NCBI GenBank assembly: GCA_025454515.1
Contig: JALOOH010000005.1
Location: 84-64,083 of the forward strand
Reading direction: 5' to 3'
Length of the DNA: 64,000 nt
Source: Chloroflexota bacterium
Lineage (GTDB): Bacteria > Chloroflexota > Limnocylindria > Limnocylindrales > CSP1-4
The position numbers were made by a program, and so were the translations under genes. How positions within the stretch are numbered: position 1 is the stretch's first letter; every line of letters begins with the position of its first letter. Below the pieces are notes generated by a model. The model saw only the letters and a list, made by a program, of their open reading frames with translations. It ran no database searches and was not told the origin of the DNA. Of this stretch, positions 36,128 to 46,483 are shown piece after piece.

Positions 36128-36415
36128 GTGACCTACGTGATCGCCGAGCCGTGCGTCGACGTGATGGACCAGGCGTGCGTCTCGGTCTGCCCGGTCGATT
36201 GCATCCACTTCGAGGAGGGCGTGGACCGCTCGCTCTTCATCGACCCGGACGAGTGCATCGATTGCGGCGCGTGCGAGCCCGAGTGCCCCGTGAACGCGAT
36301 CTTCCCGCAGGAGTCGCTCCCGCCCGAGTGGGCCGGGTACACGCAGATCAATGCGGTCTGGTTCTCCGACCGCGCCGAGGCCCGCGCGCTGGTGGACGCG
36401 GCCAAGCCCGCCTGA
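36128..36415 (+). CDS. fdxA: 7Fe ferredoxin ([3Fe-4S][4Fe-4S])
   Basis: RBS ggagga, then [34 protein letters not shown]...[13 protein letters not shown], collinear with actinobacterial FdxA. Confidence 0.85.
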   Translation: MTYVIAEPCVDVMDQACVSVCPVDCIHFEEGVDRSLFIDPDECIDCGACEPECPVNAIFPQESLPPEWAGYTQINAVWFSDRAEARALVDAAKPA

Positions 36416-36435
36416 CGACCGCACCGGCCGCACCG

Positions 36436-36475
36436 GAGAGGGCCCGCGCGATCGCGCGGGCCCTCTCCCCGTCTT
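36436..36475 (+). terminator. hairpin terminator after fdxA
   Basis: gagagggcccgcgcg-atc-gcgcgggccctctc, a perfect 15-bp stem. Confidence 0.6.
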
Positions 36476-36506
36476 CGGCGAGCGGCCGCGCCCTATACTC
36501 GCCCGC

Positions 36507-37451
36507 ATGACGGCGCTCTCCGGCCGCACGATCGCCACCGTGGGCTCCGGGGTCATGGCCGAGGCCATGATCGCGGGGCTCATCCGCGACGGGCTCGTGA
36601 CCCCCGACCGCGTCGTCGCGAGCCATCCGCGGCCCGAGCGCCGCCGAGAGCTCGAGACGGCCCACGGGATCCGGACCGTCGCGAGGAATGTCGAGGCCGT
36701 CCGCGGCGCGGACATCGTCCTGCTGGCGATCAAGCCGCAGATGCTCGCGAAGGTCGGACGGGAGGTCGCGCCGGCGCTCGACGACGCGCAGCTCGTCCTG
36801 TCGGTGATCGCCGGCGCCACGACGCGGGCGCTGACCGGGATCCTGGACCATCCCCGCGTCGTCCGCGCGATGCCGAACACGCCGGCCCAGATCGGGCGAG
36901 GGGTCACCGTCTGGTACGCGACGCCCGACGTCACCGTCGATCAGCGGCGCCAGACCGCAGCGATCCTCCGGGCGCTCGGCTCGCAGATCGAGGTGGACGA
37001 CGAGAAGCTCGTCGCCATGGCGACGGCCGTCTCCGGGACGGGGCCCACGTATGTCTTCCTCGTGATGGAGGCGCTCATCGATGCCGCCGTCCACCTCGGC
37101 TTCGCCCGCCACGTGGCCCACGACCTCGTCGTGGAGACCCTCGAGGGCAGCACCCTCTTCGCGAAGCAGAGCGCGATGCACCCGGCGATGCTCCGGAACA
37201 TGGTGACGTCGCCGGGGGGCACGAGCGCCGCTGCGCTCCACGAGCTGGAGGCCGGCCGCCTTCGGACCGTGCTCTCCGAGGCGGTCTGGGCCGCGTTCGG
37301 GCGGACGCAGGAGCTCGGCGACCAGCTGGAGGCGAGCCTGGCCCCCGCCCCCGAGGCCACGACCACGTCGGCCACGGCCACGCCGGCCGCGGTCCGACGG
37401 AAGGCCGCGCCCCCGCCGTCGCGGCAGCGCGCGCGGGGACCACGGGCATGA
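36507..37451 (+). CDS. proC: pyrroline-5-carboxylate reductase
   Basis: N-terminal Rossmann motif IATVGSGVMAEAMIAGL. ProC C-terminal dimerisation domain (AVSGTGPTYVFLVMEAL). Extended Ala/Pro-rich tail. Confidence 0.85.
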   Translation: MTALSGRTIATVGSGVMAEAMIAGLIRDGLVTPDRVVASHPRPERRRELETAHGIRTVARNVEAVRGADIVLLAIKPQMLAKVGREVAPALDDAQLVLSVIAGATTRALTGILDHPRVVRAMPNTPAQIGRGVTVWYATPDVTVDQRRQTAAILRALGSQIEVDDEKLVAMATAVSGTGPTYVFLVMEALIDAAVHLGFARHVAHDLVVETLEGSTLFAKQSAMHPAMLRNMVTSPGGTSAAALHELEAGRLRTVLSEAVWAAFGRTQELGDQLEASLAPAPEATTTSATATPAAVRRKAAPPPSRQRARGPRA

Positions 37452-39514
37452 CCGACGACGCGGCGGCCCCCAGGCCGCCTCGCCGGCGCGGGCGCCCGCC
37501 GGGATCCCGCACCCGGCTGCCGGGCGCCGCGCCCCGGCGCGGCACCGACCGCGCGTCCGTGCCTCCGCCCGTTCCCCGGGGCGCTCCCGCGCTCACGGCC
37601 GAGCGCCTTGTCGCGGTCGACTCGCCGCGCGACGTCCGCCTCTCGCCGGATGGGCGGACGCTGGCGCTCACGCTCGAGTACGCGGGGACGCGGCAGCTGT
37701 GCACGATCCCCGTCCGGGGCGGCTGGCCCCGTCCGGTCACGTCCGGCGCGTCGCCCATCGCCGACCCGCGCTGGTCGCCGGACGGCCGGTCGATCGCCTT
37801 CGTCCGTGACGGGTCGATCGTCGTGGTCGACGTCAATGGGCGCCGCGAGATCGTCGTGGCGGAGCACCCGGCGGGCAACCAGGCGCCGCGCTGGTCCCCG
37901 GACGGCCGGTCGATCTCGTTCCTCTCGCGACGGCGGGGCTGGGGCCAGGCATGGCTCGTGGACGCGCCCGTCGCCCGGCGCGGGCGCCCGCCGGCTGACC
38001 CCCGCCTCCCGCAGCCGCGGGCGATCACGCCCGCCGGCGTGGATGTCGAGGAGGTCGTCTGGTCGCCCGACGGGAGCCGGCTGGCGGTCGCCGGCCAGCG
38101 CACGTCGGACCTGCTCACGGCGCAGGTGTGGATCGTGGACGTCGCGACCGGCGCCGACCGCGTCGTCGCGGGCGACGGCGAGTGGGCGTCCGGGCCGCGG
38201 TGGCTGCCCGACGGGGGCGGGCTCCTCTGCGGGATCGAGGTGGACGGCTGGCTCCAGGTCGTGCGGCTCGCCGCCGACGGGTCGGAGCGGACGGTGCTCA
38301 CCGGCGGCGCGATCGAGAACGCCGACTACGCCGGAAGCGAGGGCTGGGTCGCGCTCCCGTCGCCGGACGGGACCGCGTTCGTCCACGTGCGGATGCACGA
38401 CGGCTGCGTGGACGCGGTCGTCGCCCCGCTCGACGGCGCCGCGCCCGCGAAGCGGCCGCGCGGCCGTCCGCCGAAGGTGCCCCGCCCGACCGCCGCGGCC
38501 GGCGCGGGGACCGTCGTCAGCCCCTGGCCGGGCGTGTGGCGGCCGTTCGCCTGGCTGCCCGACGGATCGGGGATCCTCGCCATCGCCGACGGCGATCGGT
38601 CCCCGCGGGACCTCTGGCTCCTGCCCGCGCCGGCGCCGGGCGGCCCGGCCACGGAGCGCGCCCGGCGGATCACCGTCTCCCTGCCCGCCACCGTGGATGC
38701 GGACCGGCTCGTGGACGGCGAGCGTGTCCGCCTCGTCGCCCGCGACGGGCTCGCGCTCGAGGGGACGCTCTACCGCCCACTGGGCGCCTCTGGAGGTCGC
38801 GGGGGGAAGCGCGTCCCCGCGGTGATCCACGTCCACGGCGGGCCGAACTCCCACACGCTCCGAGACTGGCAGCCGGTACGCCAGCTCGTCGCCGCCGCCG
38901 GGATGGCGGTCCTCTCGCTCGACTTCCGCGGCTCCACCGGGTACGGCCACGACTTCCGGCTCGCGAACCGCAACGAGTGGGGCCACGCCGACGTGCATGA
39001 CGTCGTGGACGCCGCGCGCTGGGCGGAGGCCCAGCCGTGGTGCGACGGACGGCTCGCGGTCCTCGGCGGGTCGTACGGGGGCTACCTCGTCCTCGGGGCG
39101 CTCGTGACGGAGCCCGCGCTGTGGAAGGCCGGGATCGACATGTACGGCGACAGCGAGATCGCCGAGAGCTACCGCCACGGCGACCGGCCCGGACGGCTCG
39201 ACCTCCAACGCCAGATGGGCAGCCCGGACGACCCCGACGCGGCCGAGCGCTTCCGGCGCGGATCGCCCCTGTACGGCGCGGAGCGCATCGAGGCGCCTCT
39301 CCTCATCCTCCATGGGCGCCGCGACCGGCGGGTCGTCCCGCTCATGTCCGAGAAGATGATCGAGGCGCTCGAGATCGAGGGGAAGTACCACGAGGTCCGC
39401 TGGTACGACGACGAGGCCCACGGCTGGCAGCGCCGGGAGAACCAGCGCGACGCCGCCGAGCGCATCGTCGCCTTCCTGCGGCGCCACCTGCTCGAGGAGC
39501 CGCCGAAGAGCTAG
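37448..39514 (+). CDS. S9-family serine peptidase (prolyl oligopeptidase / acylaminoacyl-peptidase type: beta-propeller + alpha/beta-hydrolase)
   Basis: Repeated WSPDG propeller motifs. Catalytic GGSYGG nucleophile elbow, Asp and His downstream (DDEAHGW). ATGA overlap with proC. Confidence 0.85.
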   Translation: MTDDAAAPRPPRRRGRPPGSRTRLPGAAPRRGTDRASVPPPVPRGAPALTAERLVAVDSPRDVRLSPDGRTLALTLEYAGTRQLCTIPVRGGWPRPVTSGASPIADPRWSPDGRSIAFVRDGSIVVVDVNGRREIVVAEHPAGNQAPRWSPDGRSISFLSRRRGWGQAWLVDAPVARRGRPPADPRLPQPRAITPAGVDVEEVVWSPDGSRLAVAGQRTSDLLTAQVWIVDVATGADRVVAGDGEWASGPRWLPDGGGLLCGIEVDGWLQVVRLAADGSERTVLTGGAIENADYAGSEGWVALPSPDGTAFVHVRMHDGCVDAVVAPLDGAAPAKRPRGRPPKVPRPTAAAGAGTVVSPWPGVWRPFAWLPDGSGILAIADGDRSPRDLWLLPAPAPGGPATERARRITVSLPATVDADRLVDGERVRLVARDGLALEGTLYRPLGASGGRGGKRVPAVIHVHGGPNSHTLRDWQPVRQLVAAAGMAVLSLDFRGSTGYGHDFRLANRNEWGHADVHDVVDAARWAEAQPWCDGRLAVLGGSYGGYLVLGALVTEPALWKAGIDMYGDSEIAESYRHGDRPGRLDLQRQMGSPDDPDAAERFRRGSPLYGAERIEAPLLILHGRRDRRVVPLMSEKMIEALEIEGKYHEVRWYDDEAHGWQRRENQRDAAERIVAFLRRHLLEEPPKS

Positions 39515-39662
39515 GCCCGGCGGGATCATGATCGGGCCGATGCGCGGGCGCGCGATCGACCGGGTGCCCCTGCGTCCGCCGGCCGCCCCGTCCATCGACC
39601 GCCCCGCCCGGCCTCGCCGACGCTAGGATGGGGCCGATGGACCCGCGTGACGTGGAGGTGCC

Positions 39663-40424
39663 GTGAGGGCTTCCTTCGAGTTCGGTGCGCCGCCGCCGCG
39701 CGCCGCGACGCTCCCTGCGGGCGAGCTGTCGGACGCCGACCGGGTCGAGATCGCGATCCTGCGCGACCAGCTCGGACGGATGCGCGGGATGCTCTACAAG
39801 TTCACGAGCGAGTTCTTCCGGACGATCCACCTCTGGGCGATCGTGTCGCTCGCGCTCCTCGTGGCCGGCACCGTGGAAGGCTGGCGGGCGGCGGCGATCC
39901 TCGTCCCCTTCGTCGTCCCCTTCGCGTTCCTCGAGACCGCGTACCTCTTCTACTACACGGTCTACGCCCGGCGGCACGCCGAGCGCCTCGAGCAGGCGAT
40001 CAACGCGCGGCTGGGCCACGACGTCCTCGCCGCCCACCGCACCGAGGCCGCGTATTTCTACCCGCCCGACCGGCCGAAGATCGCGTTCCTGTCGTTCGGG
40101 AACCCGCTCGGGATGGGCTCTGCGATGACCATCGGGTACATGCTCGGCGCCGCCCTCCTGTGGGCGGCCGGGCTCGCGCTCACGATCGACGTCGTCGCCG
40201 ACGAGCAGGCCGCCGGGCTCCTCGGGCTGGTGGTGCCGGCACAGCTGCTCTGGACCGGCGCGATCGCCGCCTGGCTCGTGGGCTACTCGCTCTTCCGGCG
40301 AGACGAGGACCGTCTCCTCCGCGTCCTCGCCGCCTCCTATGCCGCCCGTCCGCCCGCGCCCCCGCCCCCGTCCACCCTCGACGCCGTCGACCGCGCCTCC
40401 ATCGCGGATCGGGGCGGCGCCTGA
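39663..40424 (+). CDS. hypothetical integral membrane protein
   Basis: GTG start. Four predicted TM helices. No recognisable family. Lies between the S9 peptidase and proline dehydrogenase genes. Confidence 0.55.
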   Translation: MRASFEFGAPPPRAATLPAGELSDADRVEIAILRDQLGRMRGMLYKFTSEFFRTIHLWAIVSLALLVAGTVEGWRAAAILVPFVVPFAFLETAYLFYYTVYARRHAERLEQAINARLGHDVLAAHRTEAAYFYPPDRPKIAFLSFGNPLGMGSAMTIGYMLGAALLWAAGLALTIDVVADEQAAGLLGLVVPAQLLWTGAIAAWLVGYSLFRRDEDRLLRVLAASYAARPPAPPPPSTLDAVDRASIADRGGA

Positions 40425-40441
40425 CGCGCCAGGAGGCGTCC

Positions 40442-41413
40442 ATGTCGTCGGTCCAGACCCGTGAGGTCCCGGAGCACCTGCTCCGCTCGCTCCTGCTCGC
40501 GCTCTCCCATCAGCGCGCCCTGGGCGAGGCCGCGGTGCGCATCCCGCTGACCCGCCCGATGGTCGGTCGCTTCGTCGCCGGGCAGTCGCTCCCGGAGGCG
40601 CTGGACGTGCTCGAGCGGGTCCGGGACGACGGGTTCGACACCACCGTGGACGTCCTGGGCGAGTCGGTCTCGTCCGTGGAGGCCGCGGATGCGGCCGCGG
40701 GTCGATACCTCGAGACGCTCGACGCCCTGGCGGCTCGCGGCCTCGAGCGCAACGTCAGCCTGAAGCTCACCCAGATGGGCCTCGACATCGGCCACGACGT
40801 GGCCCGGGAGAACGTCGGCCGGATCCTCCGCACGGCGGCCCAGCTCGACGCCTTCGTCCGGATCGACATGGAGGACCACACGAAGACGGACGCGACGCTC
40901 GCCTTCTGGCGCGAGGTCCGGCCCATCCACCCGGCGACCGGCGTCGTGCTCCAGTCGGCGCTCCGGCGGAGCGAGCAGGACGTGGACGCGATCAGCGCCG
41001 AGCGTGGTCGCGTGCGCCTGTGCAAGGGTGCGTACAACGAGCCCGCGTCGGTCGCCTACCCGGACAAGGAGGACGTGGACCGCGCGTACGCGCGGATCGC
41101 GGAGAAGCTCCTGCTCCACGGTGTCCACCCGGCGTTCGCGACGCACGACACGAGGATGATCAACCACGTCGTGCGCTTCGCCCGCGAGCACCGGATCGAC
41201 CGGGACCGCTTCGAGTTCCAGATGCTCTACGGCGTGCGCCGCGACCTCCAGGACCGGCTCGCGCGCGCGGGCTACCGCGTCCGGCTGTACGTCCCGTACG
41301 GCACGCAGTGGTACCCGTACTACATGCGGCGCCTCGCGGAGCGGCCCGCGAACGTCCTGTTCATGCTCCGGGCGATGACGCGCGAGGGGTTCGGGCGGGA
41401 CGGAGAGGGCTGA
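40442..41413 (+). CDS. proline dehydrogenase (monofunctional PutA-like)
   Basis: RBS aggagg, then ATG. TIM-barrel ProDH motifs (VDVLGE, RIDMEDH, LQSALRRS, RLCKGAY). Confidence 0.85.
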   Translation: MSSVQTREVPEHLLRSLLLALSHQRALGEAAVRIPLTRPMVGRFVAGQSLPEALDVLERVRDDGFDTTVDVLGESVSSVEAADAAAGRYLETLDALAARGLERNVSLKLTQMGLDIGHDVARENVGRILRTAAQLDAFVRIDMEDHTKTDATLAFWREVRPIHPATGVVLQSALRRSEQDVDAISAERGRVRLCKGAYNEPASVAYPDKEDVDRAYARIAEKLLLHGVHPAFATHDTRMINHVVRFAREHRIDRDRFEFQMLYGVRRDLQDRLARAGYRVRLYVPYGTQWYPYYMRRLAERPANVLFMLRAMTREGFGRDGEG

Positions 41414-41421
41414 CCGCCGTC

Positions 41422-41955
41422 TCAGGCCTCCCGCGGCGCCCTGCGCATGGCGAGGGCGATCGTCGCGGCGATCCCGATGGCGATGAGCACGTCGCCGATG
41501 CTGAAGACGTTCGCGAACGGGAGCCACGGCGGCATCGCGAAGATGTCCGTGAGCGGCGCGAGGGACGGATCGCCGACGGCGGCGCTGTTCGAGTAGCCGG
41601 GGGGCTCCTCCCAGCCGAGCGTCGCGAGCGCACCCGGGCTCACCGGCATGTAGCCGCCGTTGGCCACGATCGCGAGCAGGTTGGATGCCGCGCCGACCGC
41701 GACGATCGCCAGCCCGGGCACGCGCAGGTTGGCCAGGATCACCGCGAGGATGGCGGCCGTGGACCCCGCGTATGCCCATGGGGCGACGGGCCCGAGCGCG
41801 TCGCCGACGGGCGTGAGGAACAGGAGCACCTGCACGGCGAGCCCGGCGATCGCGAGCCACGCCCAGCGGATCCGGAGATCGGCGAGGCGCCCGATGCGCC
41901 CGCCCGAGACGAGGCCGACGACGAGCCCGGCGGCGACGCCGTACAGGATGAACAT
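41422..41955 (-). CDS. hypothetical membrane protein (5 TM)
   Basis: Hydrophobic profile. Convergent with the proline dehydrogenase gene. No family recognised. Confidence 0.55.
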   Translation of the reverse strand: MFILYGVAAGLVVGLVSGGRIGRLADLRIRWAWLAIAGLAVQVLLFLTPVGDALGPVAPWAYAGSTAAILAVILANLRVPGLAIVAVGAASNLLAIVANGGYMPVSPGALATLGWEEPPGYSNSAAVGDPSLAPLTDIFAMPPWLPFANVFSIGDVLIAIGIAATIALAMRRAPREA

Positions 41956-41967
41956 GGCCGGCCCGGC

Positions 41968-42624
41968 TCAGCCGACCCCGAGGAGTGGCAGGCACCCGTC
42001 CAGGCCGTCGATCACGACCTCGGGGAACGCGCGCTCGGCGCGGACCTCCTGCCAGCGCTGGCGGGTCATGCGGAACCGGATCATGTCCCGCGGCTCGCCC
42101 TCCGGCGCCAGGCGGCCGATGCCGTTGTCGTCGTAGCCGACGGACCGCGAGACCCCGATCGAGGCCGCGTTGTCCGCGAACGCCTCGGTCTCCGCGACGT
42201 CGGCGCCCAGGCCGTCGAACGCGAGCGTGAGCATCGCGATGCGCATCTCCCGGCCGATCCCGAGGCCCTGTGAGTCGCGACCGAGCCACGAGCCGCTCCT
42301 GACCGTCCGCAGGCGCGAGAAGCTCTTCGCGAACAGCGCCTGCATCCCGACCGGCTCTCCGTCCACGAAGACCCCCAGCTCGAGCACCCAGTCGCTCGGC
42401 TCCCACGAGCCGCGCGCGCGCCAGTGGTGGCGGACGAACCCCCACTCGAAGTCCGGGCTCGGGAGCGTGCTCCACGGGACGGCGAACGGCATCTCGTGCT
42501 CGCCGTGGATCCCGCCGCGCGCGACCGCAGCGAGGGCGGCGATCTCGCCCTCGGTCGGGAGGTGCAGCTCGAGTCGCGCGGTGCGTACCCGCAGGTCGTA
42601 CAGCGGCCAGAGCGGGTGGGTCAT
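41968..42624 (-). CDS. GNAT-family N-acetyltransferase
   Basis: MTHPLWPLYDLRVRTARLELHLPTEGE... with acetyltransferase fold motifs. 4-nt overlap with the upstream hydrolase gene. Confidence 0.75.
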   Translation of the reverse strand: MTHPLWPLYDLRVRTARLELHLPTEGEIAALAAVARGGIHGEHEMPFAVPWSTLPSPDFEWGFVRHHWRARGSWEPSDWVLELGVFVDGEPVGMQALFAKSFSRLRTVRSGSWLGRDSQGLGIGREMRIAMLTLAFDGLGADVAETEAFADNAASIGVSRSVGYDDNGIGRLAPEGEPRDMIRFRMTRQRWQEVRAERAFPEVVIDGLDGCLPLLGVG

Positions 42625-43454
42625 GCGCCGGCCTTCGCACGGAGCCACGCGATCGTCGCGTCCACGATCGCCTCGCCGTCGGGGTCGTTGTGCGGCTCGT
42701 GGCGGACGCCCGGGTACGTGCGCCGCTCGGCACCCGCCGCCGCGCCGAGCTTCTCCGTGGACGCCGTGGGGATGATCGTGTCGTCCTCGCCGTGGATGAC
42801 GAGCGTCGGGCACGGGAGTGTCGCGCCCGCGGCCACCTTCCGGTTCACGCGGTCCGCCGCCGCGATCACCCCGGCGCCGAGGCGCAGCGTCGTCTTCGGC
42901 AGCGTCAGCGGGTCCGCCGCGTACGCCTCGCCGACCTTCGGGTCGCGGGAGAGCTGGTCCGGGATGAATGGATTCGCCCGCTCGACGGTCCCCGCGACGC
43001 GACCGAGGGCCGGGGCGAGGGCGCGCAGGAGCGGGTTCAACGTGTCGCCGAGCGCGGGAGCCGAGAGGACGGCGAGGTCTGGCGCGGGCCGCCCGGAGAG
43101 CAGGTAGTCCGCACAGACGAGTCCCCCCATCGACTGGCCGTACAGGATGGCGGGGAGCCCGGCGACGCGGCTCGCCACGAGGCGGTCCTCCGCGTCGTCG
43201 AGGAGCTGCTCCCATCGGTCCACGTACGCCCGCCGGCCGTCGGACCGCCCGTGCCCGCGATGGTCGTAGCCCGTCGTCCCGATCCCTGCCGCGGCCATCC
43301 GCCCGCCCACCGCCTCCCAGCGGCCCGAGTGCTCACCCAGCCCGTGGACGATCAGCGCGGTCGCCCACGGGGTCCCCCGGGCCGGCCAGCTGCGGACGAG
43401 GAGGCGTGTGCCGTCCCGGCCTGCGACGGTCTCGGTGGTGGACGTGGCGGACAT
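42621..43454 (-). CDS. alpha/beta-hydrolase (lysophospholipase / monoglyceride lipase-like)
   Basis: HGLGEHSGRW oxyanion region. GQSMGG nucleophile elbow. C-terminal His (HEPHND). Confidence 0.75.
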   Translation of the reverse strand: MSATSTTETVAGRDGTRLLVRSWPARGTPWATALIVHGLGEHSGRWEAVGGRMAAAGIGTTGYDHRGHGRSDGRRAYVDRWEQLLDDAEDRLVASRVAGLPAILYGQSMGGLVCADYLLSGRPAPDLAVLSAPALGDTLNPLLRALAPALGRVAGTVERANPFIPDQLSRDPKVGEAYAADPLTLPKTTLRLGAGVIAAADRVNRKVAAGATLPCPTLVIHGEDDTIIPTASTEKLGAAAGAERRTYPGVRHEPHNDPDGEAIVDATIAWLRAKAGA

Positions 43455-43465
43455 GTTCGCTCCCC

Positions 43466-44449
43466 TCACTCGTCGGCCAGTCGGACCTCGAGCGGCTCCG
43501 GTCCCTCGCCCGGTGGCGCGGTCTGCGCGATCACGACGCCGGCGATCACCAGGACCGCGCCCACGAGCTGCATCGGCGTGAGCGACTGGCCCAGGAGCAG
43601 CGCCGCGAGCGTGATCGTCCACACGGGCTCGATCGTGCTGACCAGCGACGCCTGCGCGGCGCCGATCCTGCGGGCTCCAGCGTAGAACGTCTGGACGGCG
43701 ATGGCCGTGGACACGACGCCGACGCCGAGGATCCCGGGCCAGGCCTCCACCGGGATCTGCGCCGGGAGGACCGGTCGGCCGGTGCCGAGGGCGGCGACCC
43801 AGTAGACGGCGAGCGTCGCGAGCATCATCACCGGCATCGCGACGACCGAAGCGTCGCCCGCGGTCTCGCCGGCCGTCGTCTCGGTGACGGAAGCGGCCCG
43901 GCGGTGCTCGCCGGAGAACCGCGCCGCGAGCACGATCCAGACCGAGTAGATGAGCGGCGAGGCAACGATGAGCACGAGCCCGAAGAGCGGGGGGATCTCC
44001 GTCGACGGGATCCCGCCGATCGCGAGGACGACCCCCGCGAGCGCGATCCCGAGCGCGATCCACGGTCGCCGACCGGGCAGGCGGCGCGCCCACCGGATCG
44101 ACAGCACGGCGACGACGGCCGGGTAGATGTAGATGATCAGCGCGGCGAGGCTCACCGGCACGGTCTCGAGAGCCCAGAAGTACGTGCCGGAGTTGCCGAC
44201 GTACAGGACGCCGAGTCCGAGCGTCACGAGCACTTCGCGACGGGTCAGCGACCGAAGGAGCCGGCGGCGGCCGCCGGAGAGCAGGAGCCAGCCCCAGAGC
44301 AGCGCGGCGCCGAAGACGAACCGCCAGGCGAGGAGCGTCATCCAGTCCACGTCCGCCGCGTACACCGGCGCGGCGAAGAGGCCGCCGGAGCCGAACGCGC
44401 ACGCGGAGATCGCCACGAGCGCGATCCCCTCGATGCGGCGGCGGTCCAT
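43466..44449 (-). CDS. EamA/DMT-family transporter
   Basis: Ten TM helices in two EamA repeats. Confidence 0.8.
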   Translation of the reverse strand: MDRRRIEGIALVAISACAFGSGGLFAAPVYAADVDWMTLLAWRFVFGAALLWGWLLLSGGRRRLLRSLTRREVLVTLGLGVLYVGNSGTYFWALETVPVSLAALIIYIYPAVVAVLSIRWARRLPGRRPWIALGIALAGVVLAIGGIPSTEIPPLFGLVLIVASPLIYSVWIVLAARFSGEHRRAASVTETTAGETAGDASVVAMPVMMLATLAVYWVAALGTGRPVLPAQIPVEAWPGILGVGVVSTAIAVQTFYAGARRIGAAQASLVSTIEPVWTITLAALLLGQSLTPMQLVGAVLVIAGVVIAQTAPPGEGPEPLEVRLADE

Positions 44450-44610
44450 GGCCACCGAGCCTAGCAAGGCCGAGGGCGCGCGACAGGGCGATGGCGCTCC
44501 GTCTTCCTCCGTTGGAGGTACTCTGTCGGGGTCGGCCCGCGGCGCTCCTGATCCCGCGCCGCGCCCGGCCGCGCCCGCCGTCGAGCGGAGCCAGGAGGAC
44601 CGGAGCGCAG

Positions 44611-46473
44611 GTGTCCACCACAGACCCCACCACCGAGCACGAGGTCGAGATCCAGGAGCTGGATCGCGTCACGGTCCGCTTCGCCGGCGATTCCGGCGAC
44701 GGGATGCAGGTGACCGGCAGCCAGTTCTCCCAGAGCACGGCCGTCTTCGGCAACGACCTGAGCACCCTCCCCGACTACCCGGCGGAGATCCGCGCCCCGG
44801 CAGGCTCGCTGACGGGCGTCTCGGGCTTCCAGATCAGCTTCAGCTCGAGCCCGATCTACACCCCGGGCGACGCGCCCGACGTGCTCGTCGCGATGAACCC
44901 CGCCGCGCTCAAGCGGAACATCGGCGACCTCGTCGCCGGCGGCGCGGTGATCGTGAACGGGGACGCCTTCACGCCGAACAACCTGGCGAAGGCCGGCTAC
45001 GCGAACAACCCGCTCACGGACGGCTCGCTCAAGGGCTACAACGTCCACGAGATCCCGATCACGACCCTGAACGCCCGCGCGCTCGAGGGTCTCGACATGA
45101 CGCCCAAGCAGGTCGACCTGACGAAGAACTTCTTCGCGCTCGGCGTCATGTTCTGGCTTTTCGAGCGGAGCATGGAGCCCACGCTCGAGTGGCTCGAGGA
45201 GAAGTACGCGAAGCGCCCCGTCTTCATCGAGGCCAACAAGCGCGCCCTCATGGCCGGCTACGCGTTCGGCGAGACGACGGAGATCTTCCACACCCACTAC
45301 CGCGTCGCCCCCGCGAAGCTCGCGCCCGGGACCTACCGGAACATCACCGGCAACGAGGCGACCGCGCTCGGCTTCCTCACCGCGTCGCAGCTCGCGGAGC
45401 GGAACCTCTTCTACAGCAGCTACCCGATCACCCCAGCGAGCGAGATCCTCCAGCAGCTCGCCGAGTACAAGAACTTCGGCGTGAAGACGCTCCAGGCCGA
45501 GGACGAGATCGCCGCGATCGGCGCCGCGATCGGCGCGAGCTACGGGGGTGGCCTCGGGCTCACGGGTACCTCCGGCCCGGGCATGGCCCTCAAGTCGGAG
45601 ATGGTCGGGCTCGCCGTCATCACGGAGATCCCGCTCGTCATCGTGAACGTCCAGCGCGCGGGACCGTCGACCGGGATGCCCACCAAGACCGAGCAGGCGG
45701 ACCTGTTCCAGGCCGTCTTCGGCCGGAACGGCGACGCGCCGGTCCCCGTCGTGGCCCCGGCGAGCCCCGGCGAGTGCTTCGCCTACGCCATCGAGGCGTG
45801 GCGCCTCGCCATCCGCCACATGACGCCGGTCGTCTACCTCTCGGACGCGTTCCTCGCGACGGGCTCGGAGCCGTGGCGGATCCCCGAGCTGGATGAGCTG
45901 CCGGACCTCCGCGCCCCCGACCACACCGAGCTCGAGGGCTGGCACCCGTACGTCCGTGACCCCGAGACCCTCGCGCGGCCGTGGGTCGTCCCCGGCACGC
46001 CGGGCCTGGAGCATCGGATCGGCGGCCTCGAGAAGCTCGACGTCCTCGGGACCGTGAGCTACGACCCGGACAACCACCACCGGATGTCGCTGCTCCGCGC
46101 CGAGAAGATCGCCCGCATCGCGAACGACATCCCGCCGCTGGAGGTGTTCGGTCCGCCCGAGGGCGAGCTGCTCATCCTGGGGTGGGGGTCGTCGTTCGGC
46201 GCCATCCGGAGCGCGGTCGAGCGGCTCCAGGCGCGCGGGAAGTCGGTCGCCCACGCGCATCTGCGGCACCTGAACCCGTTCCCGTCGAACACCGGCGACG
46301 TCGTCCGCGCCTACAGGCAGGTGCTCGTCCCCGAGGTGAACATGGGACAGCTCCTGTTCCTCATCCGCGGCACGTACCTCGTGGACGCGATGGGGTTCAA
46401 CCTGGTCCGCGGCAAGCCGTTCCAGATCAGCGAGATCCAGATGAAGGCCGAGCAGCTGCTCGGCGACCTGTGA
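44611..46473 (+). CDS. korA: 2-oxoglutarate/2-oxoacid:ferredoxin oxidoreductase subunit alpha
   Basis: RBS aggagg, then GTG. Fused gamma-alpha domains (FAGDSGDGMQVTG...), typical actinobacterial KorA. Confidence 0.9.
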   Translation: MSTTDPTTEHEVEIQELDRVTVRFAGDSGDGMQVTGSQFSQSTAVFGNDLSTLPDYPAEIRAPAGSLTGVSGFQISFSSSPIYTPGDAPDVLVAMNPAALKRNIGDLVAGGAVIVNGDAFTPNNLAKAGYANNPLTDGSLKGYNVHEIPITTLNARALEGLDMTPKQVDLTKNFFALGVMFWLFERSMEPTLEWLEEKYAKRPVFIEANKRALMAGYAFGETTEIFHTHYRVAPAKLAPGTYRNITGNEATALGFLTASQLAERNLFYSSYPITPASEILQQLAEYKNFGVKTLQAEDEIAAIGAAIGASYGGGLGLTGTSGPGMALKSEMVGLAVITEIPLVIVNVQRAGPSTGMPTKTEQADLFQAVFGRNGDAPVPVVAPASPGECFAYAIEAWRLAIRHMTPVVYLSDAFLATGSEPWRIPELDELPDLRAPDHTELEGWHPYVRDPETLARPWVVPGTPGLEHRIGGLEKLDVLGTVSYDPDNHHRMSLLRAEKIARIANDIPPLEVFGPPEGELLILGWGSSFGAIRSAVERLQARGKSVAHAHLRHLNPFPSNTGDVVRAYRQVLVPEVNMGQLLFLIRGTYLVDAMGFNLVRGKPFQISEIQMKAEQLLGDL

Positions 46474-46483
46474 GGCCGGAGCG